In this document: positions 1 through 8,905 of the stretch, one piece after another | How the letters are laid out: every line of letters starts with the position of its first letter | Numbering within the stretch: position 1 is the first letter of the stretch | From: Ignavibacteria bacterium | Lineage (GTDB): Bacteria > Bacteroidota > Ignavibacteria > Tepidaquicellales > OLB5 | Direction: 5' to 3' | Assembly (NCBI GenBank): GCA_019912545.1 | Contig: JAIOIK010000198.1 | Coordinates: 6,679-70,678, forward strand | Length of the DNA: 64,000 bases | Notes under the pieces: generated by a model | What the model saw: the letters and a program-made list of their open reading frames with translations, nothing else | Database searches by the model: none | Told to the model about the DNA's origin: nothing | Program-made: the position numbers and the translations under genes

Positions 1-508
1 TGATCTGGTTAGGGTCAAGTCCGCTTGTCGGCTCATCAAGAATAAGCACATCCGGATTATTTATCATCGCCTGGGCAAGTCCAACGCGTTGTTTAAATCC
101 CTTTGATAAAGTGCCGATATCTTTTTTCCGCATCGTTTCAAGCCCGCAAACTTTGATCATCTCTTCGCGCTTTTTCCTGATATCGGATTTCGGAATTCCA
201 TCCAGGGCCGCGATGTAATCCAGGTAATCCACAACGTTCATATCATAGTAGAGCGGGTTTAGCTCAGGCAAATAACCAAGCTTTTTCCTCACGTCGAGTG
301 ATTTTTCTTCAACATCAAAGCCATCAACTGAAACTGTTCCTGATGTTGGCGGCAGATAAGTTGTTATTATCTTCATAGTTGTTGATTTTCCTGCACCATT
401 GGGTCCAAGAAATCCAAGGATCTCACCTTTTTTTGCCTCAAAAGAAATATTATCTACAGCCAGATTATTGCCGTAGTATTTCGTTAAGTTGTTTACTTTT
501 ATAGACAT
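1..508 (-). CDS. ABC transporter ATP-binding protein (N-terminal part; C-terminus lies left of the window)
   Basis: Not in the ORF track because it runs off the window edge. The reverse complement from ATG (506-508) reads MSIKVNNLTKYYGNNLAVDNISFEAKKGEILGFLGPNGAGKSTTMKII... It has Walker A GPNGAGKST, a signature-like LSKGFKQRVGLAQA and Walker B VLILDEPTSGLD. Confidence 0.9.
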   Translation of the reverse strand, partial: MSIKVNNLTKYYGNNLAVDNISFEAKKGEILGFLGPNGAGKSTTMKIITTYLPPTSGTVSVDGFDVEEKSLDVRKKLGYLPELNPLYYDMNVVDYLDYIAALDGIPKSDIRKKREEMIKVCGLETMRKKDIGTLSKGFKQRVGLAQAMINNPDVLILDEPTSGLDPNQI

Positions 509-755
509 AATTATATATTTGAACTTTAATTCACATTAAAAACAGCGAAAATCTGTTTTTTTGTTGCCGGTTTCTGCAAAAATATCGCAAAAACCAATAG
601 TGGTGTTTTGGATAATCACAATTATAGAAATTTTATTGCTCTTAAAAAAGGGATAAGTTTGGTATAAAAGCACAAATCCGATTCATAAGTTTTGTATGAC
701 GGTCGTTAATTCCGGTACATTTAATTAAGATTATAAACTCGCTATTTTTGGTAAA

Positions 756-1562
756 ATGGAAAACACCGAAAATTCAATTGAGCACATTTGCCAGAACTGC
801 GGCAGCGATATTAACGGCAAATATTGCTCTAATTGCGGGCAAAAAAAGGCATCACTTCATGACAGGTCGATCAAGTCGCTCCTTGAGCATTTCTTTGAAG
901 AGTTATTCACATGGGATTCCCGTTTCTTCCGCTCGATAAAATATTTATTTACACGTCCGGGATTCCTGACGCATGAATATGTTTCTTCACGCTACCAAAG
1001 TTATATTTCTCCGGTCAAGATGTTTCTTTTCACAAGCTTTGTGCTGTTTCTTATTATGATAAAAAGCGACCCGGATCAGTACAAGGCTTTGGTAACGGAA
1101 TCCGACGCAGATGATTTTATGAGAGAGTTCATTCTTGAACAGCAATCCAAAAGCACTGATTCACAGGAACTTTTTATTGAAAATTATAACGACCAGTTCA
1201 ATGATAATATCACATTATATATTTTTGTAATAATGTTCCTTTTTTCTGTATTGCTGAAGATAGTTTACCTGCCAAAACATTATTACTATGCAGAGCATAT
1301 TGTATTCACTTTGCACTTTTTTACTTTTGTGCTTTGGTGTTTCCTTGCAGGAGTGGCATTTCAGGATCTCGGAGACTTTTCAATATTCTTCTTCATGTTT
1401 TTCGTGCCGGCTGTTTACCTGCTCTTTGCAATCAAGCGTGTCTATCACAGGACTCTGTGGAAAGCTGTGCTTGTAACAGTTTTTATGACACTATCTTACT
1501 GGGTACTTGTTACAATATGGATGATAGGGACGGTATTGGTTAGCGCCATAAGAGCTGCATAA
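756..1562 (+). CDS. zinc-ribbon membrane protein, DUF3667-like
   Basis: N-terminal double CxxC (CQNCGSDINGKYCSNCGQK), then HDRSIKSLLEHFFEELF..TRPGFLTHEY and several hydrophobic helices. This architecture is as I recall for DUF3667 proteins. Confidence 0.7.
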   Translation: MENTENSIEHICQNCGSDINGKYCSNCGQKKASLHDRSIKSLLEHFFEELFTWDSRFFRSIKYLFTRPGFLTHEYVSSRYQSYISPVKMFLFTSFVLFLIMIKSDPDQYKALVTESDADDFMREFILEQQSKSTDSQELFIENYNDQFNDNITLYIFVIMFLFSVLLKIVYLPKHYYYAEHIVFTLHFFTFVLWCFLAGVAFQDLGDFSIFFFMFFVPAVYLLFAIKRVYHRTLWKAVLVTVFMTLSYWVLVTIWMIGTVLVSAIRAA

Positions 1563-1588
1563 AAAAAGGCAGACTTTTTTGGTCTGCC
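1561..1588. terminator. hairpin between convergent genes; the U-run is only on the minus-strand transcript
   Basis: aaaaaaa-GGCAGAC-ttttttg-GTCTGCC: a 7-bp stem (1568-1574 / 1582-1588). The A7 tract on its left becomes a U-run for the minus-strand gene 1650-2948. Confidence 0.55.
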
Positions 1589-1649
1589 GTATTAAATTTC
1601 TATTGTATTGTATGTTTCATTTTGTAAAGCAACGTGATAAGTCAATTAG

Positions 1650-2948
1650 TTACTTTATCAAGACCATCTTCTTTATATCAGAATAATTACCTGCATCAAT
1701 TCTGTAGTAATAAATGCCGGAACTTAATTTTTCTGCATTAAAGTTTATCACATAATGTCCCGATTGCTTAAATTCATTTACCGGCGAAGCAACTTCTCTT
1801 CCCAGTACATCAAACACTGCAATCTTTACAAAAGTATTCATTGGAATTGAATATTCAATACTGGTAACAGGATTGAATGGATTTGGATAATTCTGTGAAA
1901 GTGAAAACTCTGCAGGTAAGTTATTATTGCCATTTACACCGGTGAGAATCCCGAGTGTATCTGAGAGTTTTATCACATTACCATTGGAAGACACTGCATA
2001 GCCGTAAACAACATTAGCCAAATGAACAAAATCAAAATGTGTAAGATTGGTAACACCCGGAGTGGGCGTTATGACCCATGTAATACCGTTATCTGTGCTT
2101 CTTCTTATCCCGCCGTTTGAACCAAGAATGTATACTACGGGAGTGGCCGGAACCCAAACAAAGTAACAGGTGCCTGTTACACCGCTTCCTATATCAACAC
2201 TATTCCATGTTGAGCCTCCATCTGTAGTTCTGGAGATCATAGGAAGTGAAGTTGATGTAGCCGCTACGCCGTATAGTTTATTAGTATGGAAAGCAATTGC
2301 TGATGTATAGTTCCCGCTGACACTTATCTGCTGAGTATTCCAGTTTGCTGAATTGTTTGTAGTAAGTCTTATTCTTGCCGCTCCGTTATTGAGACCAAAT
2401 CCATAAAAATCATTATCAACTATCATCAATGAATTTTGTGCATTTGATACCCCGGTAACACCGGCATTTAATTCTATCCAGTTATTGCCGGCATTCTGCG
2501 AGCGGTATATTTTTTCTGCAATAGCCAAACCAAATATATAACCGCTCAATTTTGTAAATGCTAACCCTGTAAAATGCCCTCCGTTACCACTGGTTGTTAA
2601 AACTACACTCCAGTTCAAACCTGCATTAGTTGTCTTATACAAATTAGCGTTTCCATTGACGTATCCTTCTCCTGCAAATGCAGTGTTATCATTAAGCGAT
2701 GAAATGCAATATATTTCATTACCGATACCGCTCACAGGCACACTTAGCCAGTTTTCTCCCCCATTGGTAGTTCTGAAGATCTTTGGAGAATTTAAGCTCC
2801 CATCTCCGATCCATGCTGAGTTCACACCTGAAACGCTGATACTCGGCTTAGTACCGGGGTTTGTTACATTCCCTGCGGATACCCAATTTTGAGAAATTAC
2901 ACTTGTGCAAAAAGTTAATAAATAAGCAAAAAATAGAAATTGTTTCAT
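1650..2948 (-). CDS. T9SS-secreted BNR/Asp-box repeat beta-propeller protein
   Basis: Repeated Asp-box-like motifs TTNGGENW, TTNAGLNW, SQNAGNNW, TTDGGSTW, STDNGITW. The C-terminal sorting domain is LSQNYPNPFNPVTSIEY..KKMVLIK. I prefer the ATG at 2946-2948, which gives signal peptide MKQFLFFAYLLTFCTSVISQ, over the track start at 2966. Confidence 0.8.
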   Translation of the reverse strand: MKQFLFFAYLLTFCTSVISQNWVSAGNVTNPGTKPSISVSGVNSAWIGDGSLNSPKIFRTTNGGENWLSVPVSGIGNEIYCISSLNDNTAFAGEGYVNGNANLYKTTNAGLNWSVVLTTSGNGGHFTGLAFTKLSGYIFGLAIAEKIYRSQNAGNNWIELNAGVTGVSNAQNSLMIVDNDFYGFGLNNGAARIRLTTNNSANWNTQQISVSGNYTSAIAFHTNKLYGVAATSTSLPMISRTTDGGSTWNSVDIGSGVTGTCYFVWVPATPVVYILGSNGGIRRSTDNGITWVITPTPGVTNLTHFDFVHLANVVYGYAVSSNGNVIKLSDTLGILTGVNGNNNLPAEFSLSQNYPNPFNPVTSIEYSIPMNTFVKIAVFDVLGREVASPVNEFKQSGHYVINFNAEKLSSGIYYYRIDAGNYSDIKKMVLIK

Positions 2949-3159
2949 AGCTATGCCCTCTTTCATAGCTAATTTAGTTAACCTAAATTAAGATAAATAT
3001 CGCTTATAAGTGGTATAATACTATATCATTGTATAGTTGTTTTTTTTGAAAATTAGATGTGGCAAACTTTCTATTATACAGTCATCTTCGCTCAACTGGA
3101 TTTAAAAAAATGCACTGTTTTATCAGTCCATCAGAAGCCGGATTTCAAAAGTAATTTCA

Positions 3160-4737
3160 TTACTTAATCAACATCATTCTTTTGGTTTGAGTAAACTCAG
3201 AAGTGACCAGTAAATACAAATAAACACCGCTGGAATAATTCAGAGCATTCCATTTGGCTGAATAAGTACCAGGCTGTAATTCACTGCTAAGAAGAATATC
3301 GATCAATTTCCCTGTAACATCAAAAATTTTTAATTCTGCAAAAGTTCTTCGCGGAATTTTGAACTCAATATTTGTAACAGGATTGAACGGATTTGGGTAA
3401 TTCTGTTTTAGTTCATACTTTCCCGGGATCTCATTTCCCAATTGTGTTACGCCTAAGGTATTGCAATAAATAACATACGGAAGATTTGGATTTGTGTTAC
3501 CTGAACAGGTTCTATCTGCAAGCTCGCAAATACCAGCTGCCTGGTAATTAATATCAGAAACAGTTTCCGGCATAAGTTTGGACCTGATACTTATATGAGT
3601 AAATTGTTCAAATGCATTATTATCTGGGCATGTTCCCTGGCTTTGTCCTGTTATATATTCAATATAAGCTCTATCCGGATTAAGCCTTACAAACCTTGGT
3701 GCTGCAGCTCTAAACTTTTCATACTGGTTAAAAACATGAGGATGATCTTTAGCAGATTGTACATGATCTGAATCACTGGCAGTTACCATGAACATAATAT
3801 TGGGCAGTTTAGCTTTTACGGAATCTATCCATCTATCACCTGTTCTTAATTGCCAGAAATCATCAGCTTCCGTTAATTGTGGTATATGTGAAGGCGGCGA
3901 GGAAGGGTAAACGCCTCTGTTTATAGCTTCTCTTATTAGTCTTGCCGATACAATTCCTCTTAAAACACCGTAATTAACCACCCAGTAACCATTTACAATA
4001 TAATCGGTACCGCGGTTAGGTACATTGTTATTGTTCATATCATAATAAAAACCGCCGTGAAATGGAGTACTTTGATTGTAAACTGTTACAGTATCACTGA
4101 ACTTTAATTTAGTGTAATCTATAACTCCGGTTGTATCATTGTATGCTGGATTTGTAAAAGGGTTACCGTTTGAATTGCCTCTTCTGCCAAGCTCAGCACC
4201 GGGCATTTCTTCACCAACCGGGGATTCCCAATTCGCTATCCATGATAAATTCAATTCCTGTCCAAAATATCCTGCAGCAGCTATGGTAATATTTCCTCCA
4301 TTAGAAGAGCCTAAGATGCCAACATTTGTATATAATGAAATTTTGGGATATGTGATCTGGTTAAGATACCTTCCTGAATTATCCTGTATCTGTCCAGCAG
4401 CAAATTTAATAATATCTTTTAAAGCAGTTAAGCAATTTATGCCCCTGTTATCATAAGTACCCCCACTGCCTGTACCTCCCGGATAATTGAAAGTTATTAC
4501 AATAAATCCAAATCTCGTGAATCTGGATGATGTATCAACATTATCAATAACGTTTCCACCCTGCAGATAGATAACAACCGGTGCCCCGGAAGTAAACCTA
4601 GTTGTATCAGGTATAAACAACCTGGTCATAAGTCCGGTTGAGCCGGCAGATGATGAAGGAACCTGAGTATCAACATATGAACAATAAGATAAACTGCTGA
4701 TAAATATGAACAAGATAGCTATTACTGAATTTTTCAC
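3160..4737 (-). CDS. T9SS-secreted alpha/beta-hydrolase-like protein
   Basis: VVIYLQGG.. and GILGSSNGGNITIAAAG (GxSxG-like nucleophile elbow). C-terminal KQNYPNPFNPVTNIEFKIP..KRMMLIK. I moved the start to GTG (4735-4737), giving signal peptide MKNSVIAILFIFISSLSYC. The track start (TTG, 4767) overlaps a repeated intergenic motif. Confidence 0.7.
   Translation of the reverse strand: MKNSVIAILFIFISSLSYCSYVDTQVPSSSAGSTGLMTRLFIPDTTRFTSGAPVVIYLQGGNVIDNVDTSSRFTRFGFIVITFNYPGGTGSGGTYDNRGINCLTALKDIIKFAAGQIQDNSGRYLNQITYPKISLYTNVGILGSSNGGNITIAAAGYFGQELNLSWIANWESPVGEEMPGAELGRRGNSNGNPFTNPAYNDTTGVIDYTKLKFSDTVTVYNQSTPFHGGFYYDMNNNNVPNRGTDYIVNGYWVVNYGVLRGIVSARLIREAINRGVYPSSPPSHIPQLTEADDFWQLRTGDRWIDSVKAKLPNIMFMVTASDSDHVQSAKDHPHVFNQYEKFRAAAPRFVRLNPDRAYIEYITGQSQGTCPDNNAFEQFTHISIRSKLMPETVSDINYQAAGICELADRTCSGNTNPNLPYVIYCNTLGVTQLGNEIPGKYELKQNYPNPFNPVTNIEFKIPRRTFAELKIFDVTGKLIDILLSSELQPGTYSAKWNALNYSSGVYLYLLVTSEFTQTKRMMLIK
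3286..3393 (-). repeat. near-identical ~108-bp segment shared with 4937-5044 (T9SS CTD coding region)
   Basis: gctaagaagaatatcgatcaatttccctgtaacatcaaaaatttttaattctgcaaaagttcttcgcggaatttt.. occurs in both genes with about 2 mismatches. It encodes IPRRTFAELKIFDVTGKLIDILLS in both. Confidence 0.85.
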
Positions 4738-4810
4738 TTTTTCTCTTTTATTTAAACAGTCCGTCAAAGCCGGATTTCCTTCCTGATGCGTGCAGGCAAA
4801 AGTGAACTCA

Positions 4811-6064
4811 TCATTTTATCAAAACCATTTTTTTAGTTTCAGTGAATTCAGAAGTAACCAGTGAATAAAAATATATTCCGCTGGAATATTTTACTGCATT
4901 CCAATCAACAGAATATATCCCGGGCTGTAATTCCATGCTAAGAAGAATATCGATCAATTTCCCTGTAACATCAAAAATTTTTAATTCTGCAAAAGTTCTT
5001 CGCGGAATTTTGAGCTCAATATTTGTATCAGGATTGAACGGATTCGGATAATTTTGAGAAAGACCATATCCGTTTGGAACAGTTGTGCTGATTTGCTGAA
5101 CAGAAACAGGAATATCATCACACATTACCCAAAAAGGTTTTTTTTCGTATGTCGTATTCCAAATTGTATATATGTCAGTCAAGGATTTCCAGATAACCCG
5201 TCCTTGATTTATCATTGGTGCAATTGAATCAATAAATTGTGAAATTTTAGTAACCCGCGATGCATTAAGATCACCAACGCTGAATATCGAAAATGCAGGA
5301 TAGAAGCCTGTATCAGGCAGACCGCCTGAATTCAGCTGGTTCACAATGTTTCTGATGGTTTCTGTATTATAAGTTATATTTGAGGTATCCTCAATTTGAT
5401 TTTCGCAGCCATGACCAAGAACTACAAGATGTTTAGAACTGTCATGGTAATAATAGTTTGCCATGCTTTGCGGCTTCCATGCTCCCAGCGGGTATGGATC
5501 GTTTACATGCAGTGGTGTTCCGCTCCCCCATAATATATCAGGCTTCCAGAAATATGAAGTGTAAACTCTTCCGTAAATCCCGTTTTCAAGATTTTCCCAG
5601 TTGTTGCCGTTTATTACTGTATCATAAAGAAAGCCGCCAACAACTTTAGTAGGCGTAATTCCCAATTGCTGATGCAGATATGCAACATCGGCATAATTGT
5701 ATCCGTTTGCTTCATGTGAATGTGGGTCGCAAATTACTCCTTTATCTTCAACCATCCACCTTATCAAATTTTTGCCGTTCGTATTTGAAACAACACTGCC
5801 GGTATCAAACTGAATTACACCCAGCAAAAATTTCCAGTCAGATTGAAAACTCCATACTGCGCCTTTTGACTGCACAATATCTGCTATCTGAACAAGCAGA
5901 TCCCTTTTAGGTTTATAAAAATTATAAGTTGTCCATGGTGAATTGTCTTCATTATGCGATACTAAGGTCATGTAAACAGGCGGGTTTGACTGAGCAAGGA
6001 TATCGCCGGACAATGAAGAAGTTACAACAAATAGTATAAAAAATGTAATTTTAAAGAATTTCAT
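4811..6064 (-). CDS. T9SS-secreted protein of unknown function
   Basis: Signal peptide MKFFKITFFILFVVTSSLSG from ATG 6062-6064 (track start 6106 adds 14 aa). C-terminal SQNYPNPFNPDTNIELKIPRRTFAELKIFDVTGKLIDILLS..KKMVLIK. No catalytic motif assigned with confidence (DPHSHEANGY is noted only). Confidence 0.7.
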   Translation of the reverse strand: MKFFKITFFILFVVTSSLSGDILAQSNPPVYMTLVSHNEDNSPWTTYNFYKPKRDLLVQIADIVQSKGAVWSFQSDWKFLLGVIQFDTGSVVSNTNGKNLIRWMVEDKGVICDPHSHEANGYNYADVAYLHQQLGITPTKVVGGFLYDTVINGNNWENLENGIYGRVYTSYFWKPDILWGSGTPLHVNDPYPLGAWKPQSMANYYYHDSSKHLVVLGHGCENQIEDTSNITYNTETIRNIVNQLNSGGLPDTGFYPAFSIFSVGDLNASRVTKISQFIDSIAPMINQGRVIWKSLTDIYTIWNTTYEKKPFWVMCDDIPVSVQQISTTVPNGYGLSQNYPNPFNPDTNIELKIPRRTFAELKIFDVTGKLIDILLSMELQPGIYSVDWNAVKYSSGIYFYSLVTSEFTETKKMVLIK

Positions 6065-6134
6065 AATCTGCCTCCTATAGATTTTACTATCTATATGACA
6101 AGACATAATTGAAAAGGTTTAAAATTCTAAGGAT

Positions 6135-6159
6135 AAAAAAAGCGTTCGAAAATGAACGC
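6135..6159 (-). terminator. rho-independent terminator of gene 6185-7436
   Basis: On the minus strand: GCGTTC-attttc-GAACGC followed by TTTTTTT (plus-strand aaaaaaa at 6135-6141). Confidence 0.65.
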
Positions 6160-6184
6160 CTTTGCGTCATGATTACGGGCACTT

Positions 6185-7436
6185 CTACTTGACGAGTATC
6201 ATTTTCTTAGTTTGGCTGAAATCCTGTGTTTTAAGTTGATAGAAATAGACTCCACTTGGATGAGAAGATGCATTCCAGTCAACTTCATATGTACCAGGCT
6301 GTAATGATTGATTTACAAGTTCAGTAATCTCAATGCCCAATGAATTATATATAATCAATTTCGTGTCAAATGAATGCCTCCCACTTACCGAAGGGATTGA
6401 AAATCGAATTCTTGAAACAGGATTAAACGGATTTGGATAATTCTGCATTAAGCTGAACTCATGCGGAATTTCTGTTCCTAAATGATTGATAAAAGTAACA
6501 CCACCATTGGTTGTCTTTAATATCTTGCCGCTCCAAGTTGAAATGTAACCTGTATTTGCAGTTGTAAACCAAACATCTGTAAGGATTTCCGTAAGTGGAG
6601 AGACCTGCGTCTGCCAGTTTGCCCCGCCACTAGTGGTTCTGATTATTGCACCGTTATTACCGCAAGCAATAGCGGTATTTGGATCAGTAAAATAAATGCC
6701 AAAAAGTGATTCCCCGGTTCCGCTCGGGATCAAAGCCCAGTTAGCACCGGCATTAGTTGATTTGAACATTCTGCCTGCATCGCTAACAGCAATTCCGTCA
6801 TTATCGGTGGTAAAATGTATATCCCGGATTGTTTCAAATGAAATATAAGGTGCGCTTAGGCTTTGCCAGTTTGCTCCTCCGTTTGTAGTCTTAAGAATTA
6901 TTGAAGAACCGGATATATAACCGGTACTCTCATTTCTGAAATGCATGTTCGATAAAGCATTTGTCAAGCCGGCTGTTTGATTGAACCAGCTCGTTCCTGC
7001 ATCCGTAGTTTTCATGATCCTTCCGGATGAGCCGCAGACAAATCCGGTAAGCGAATTAACAAACTCCAAGCCCCATAGCTGATCGGTTATTCCGTTTGTA
7101 TTTAATGTTACCCAGTTCATCCCGCCATTTGTAGTCTTAATTATGATCCCGTTATTTCCGCTCATTAAAACTGTATCGGGGTGAATAATCCAAATAGCCA
7201 TGAAGCGCATCGAAGTAAATCCTGAGCTTTGATCGCTCCAGTTCAGCCCCCCCGTTTGTTGTTTTGTGAATATTGAAAGTTGAACTATTGTACAATGGAG
7301 CAGTAGTAAATCCAGTATTTGCATCCCAGAATTTTATTGTCTGTAATGACTGAGCCGGGCTGAATGTGTGAGAAATGAACCAACCTTGTGAATATGTAAT
7401 TATGGGTAGAAGTATTAACAGTATTATTTTCTTCAT
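6185..7436 (-). pseudogene. BNR/Asp-box beta-propeller T9SS cargo gene interrupted by a +1 frameshift in a G7 (plus-strand C7) run
   Basis: ORF 7152-7436 carries the signal peptide MKKIILLILLPIITYSQG and ends ..IHKTTNGG then out of frame (AELERSKL). ORF 6185-7324 continues in the other frame with ..GGLNWSDQSS.. and further Asp-boxes (TTNGGMNW, TTDAGTSW, TTNGGANW, STNAGANW, TTSGGANW) plus a T9SS CTD. The frames meet at C7 7247-7253. Deleting one base restores TTNGGLNW. Confidence 0.75.
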
Positions 7437-7516
7437 TTGGATAGAATTGATTACATAAAAATCATAATGAAAAACTTATGTATCAAGATAAAACCGAGTG
7501 GTTAGAATTTAAGCTA

Positions 7517-7746
7517 AGTACACGACACTATAAATGATGGATAAGAGATCTCAATTAGAATTTAATTCTGAAATTGTCTTAACATTATGAATAAAGCATA
7601 TAATCTTTGTTTTGTGGCGTCAGATATTCATCTGACGCACGTCTGCTTGTTGCAGAAAGGTCAGGTAGAAACCTGAAGTCACAAGGAAAAATACATATTA
7701 AGCATATGGTTTTCTTGTACTTATAGCGCTTTTAGTGTCGTGTACT
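7517..7746. repeat. 230-bp noncoding element bounded by a perfect 14-bp inverted repeat (MITE-like or structured-RNA candidate)
   Basis: AGTACACGACACTA (7517-7530) and its exact reverse complement TAGTGTCGTGTACT (7733-7746). Three adjacent internal hairpins lie at 7617-7638 (9-bp stem), 7642-7656 and 7661-7676, closed by TTGTG/CACAA. Confidence 0.4.
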
Positions 7747-7805
7747 GAGGAAATTAAGGTAGTGTGGTATTTTCAAACGGCCCAATTTGTTATCGCCGCC
7801 TGTAC

Positions 7806-7906
7806 GCCTGCCTGCTGAAGGCAGGGGCAGGCCTGCGAAAGCAGGTCACAAAGTGCTCTTTTAAATCTTGCCTGATCTTAGCAAGATTCCGCATCAAGTG
7901 CGGAAT
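7806..7906. repeat. cluster of short GC-rich hairpins (REP-like)
   Basis: CCTGC-tgaag-GCAGG (7811-7825), palindrome GCAGGCCTGC (7827-7836), CCTGC-gaaa-GCAGG (7832-7845), ATCTTGC..GCAAGAT (7865-7887), ATTCCGC-atcaagt-GCGGAAT (7886-7906). Confidence 0.5.
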
Positions 7907-8141
7907 GACATTAGAGCTCGAATATGATAGTACCCTTCTAATGAATTCAATCTTCTTTTCATAGAATTTTACTTGGTTATGACATTGAATTCTATCAATT
8001 TCACTCTAAATAGGCAATAAACAAATATTTAACAATATATTAATTATTTTAATAAATATAGCATAAAAAATTAACTTAATTAATTTGAATATTGATTTTA
8101 TTAATCATTATTATTATATTAGAGAGAACAAATAAACCAAA

Positions 8142-8510
8142 ATGGCATATAAATTACTTAGTGACTGTCCGGTATGCGGCGATAAACTCAAAGCCGTAAA
8201 ACTCACTTGCTCTTCATGCGGAACATCGTTAGAAAGTGAATTCTCGCTTTCTAAATTTGAACAGCTAACAACTGAACAGCTGCAGTTCATAGATGTATTC
8301 ATGAAGTGCCGGGGCAGCATCAAAGATGTTGAAAAAGAGCTTGGAGTTTCATACCCTACGGTTAGAGCGCGCCTTAACGAAACTGTAAAAGCCTTAGGAT
8401 ATACTGTAGCAGATGAAGAAAAAACCTCCGATGTTCGCAGTATTATTGATAGTATTGAAAGCGGTGAGCTAACACCTGAGGAAGCTTTAAAAAAATTAAA
8501 ATCAAAATAA
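8142..8510 (+). CDS. DUF2089-like zinc-ribbon/HTH protein
   Basis: CPVCGDKLKAVKLTCSSCG zinc ribbon, then LTTEQLQFIDVFMKCRGSIKDVEKELGVSYPTVRARLNE (HTH-like). This matches my recollection of the DUF2089 family. Confidence 0.75.
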   Translation: MAYKLLSDCPVCGDKLKAVKLTCSSCGTSLESEFSLSKFEQLTTEQLQFIDVFMKCRGSIKDVEKELGVSYPTVRARLNETVKALGYTVADEEKTSDVRSIIDSIESGELTPEEALKKLKSK

Positions 8511-8523
8511 AGGAATAACAATC

Positions 8524-8892
8524 ATGAATGAAGAAATAAAACGAATCCTGAAGCTGGTTGAAGAAGGAAAAATAAATTCTGGGCAGGCATCCGATCTAAT
8601 TAATGCGCTTAAGAGCGAAGGCAGCGCAGAAAAAGCGGCAACAGCACAGAAAACCGACAGGCATTTAAAAGTGAACATTACATCAAGCAAAGGGAAAAAT
8701 CTGAACATTAAACTGCCTGTTAAGTTTGTAAAAGGAATCATTAAAGCAACCGGGAAGCTGCCGGTTCACATTAACGGTGACCAGGAAATTAACATGCAGG
8801 TAATTTCTGAAGCTATTGAAAACGATGTAACCGGTAAAATTGTTGAAATGCATACAAACAACGGCGACTACCTTGAAGTTGTAATTGAATAA
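8524..8892 (+). CDS. small SHOCT-like/YvlB-LiaX-N-terminal-like protein, partner of the DUF2089 gene
   Basis: N-terminal EEIKRILKLVEEGKINSGQASDLINALK motif. It starts 13 nt after the DUF2089 gene on the same strand. Confidence 0.55.
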   Translation: MNEEIKRILKLVEEGKINSGQASDLINALKSEGSAEKAATAQKTDRHLKVNITSSKGKNLNIKLPVKFVKGIIKATGKLPVHINGDQEINMQVISEAIENDVTGKIVEMHTNNGDYLEVVIE

Positions 8893-8905
8893 GCTGACCA
8901 CTGCG

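Noticed and set aside
4738-4767. TTG start of ORF 3160-4767 (MTDCLNKREK..)
   Set aside because: It overlaps the conserved 3'-flank motif of the upstream cargo gene. The GTG at 4735-4737 yields a canonical signal peptide.
7611-7685. Cloverleaf-like three-hairpin fold as a possible tRNA or tmRNA-like gene
   Set aside because: The stem lengths (9, 5 and 6 bp) and loops do not fit the D, anticodon and T arms. There is no GTTCRANYC T-loop and no acceptor/CCA context. I saw no tRNA signature anywhere in the window.
7764-7964. 66-aa ORF (..ACLLKAGAGLRKQV..)
   Set aside because: It is generated entirely by the GC-rich hairpin (REP-like) cluster, which is a typical artefact of translated palindromes.
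8114-8521. 135-aa minus-strand ORF
   Set aside because: It is an antisense shadow of the DUF2089-like gene, serine-rich, with no motif.
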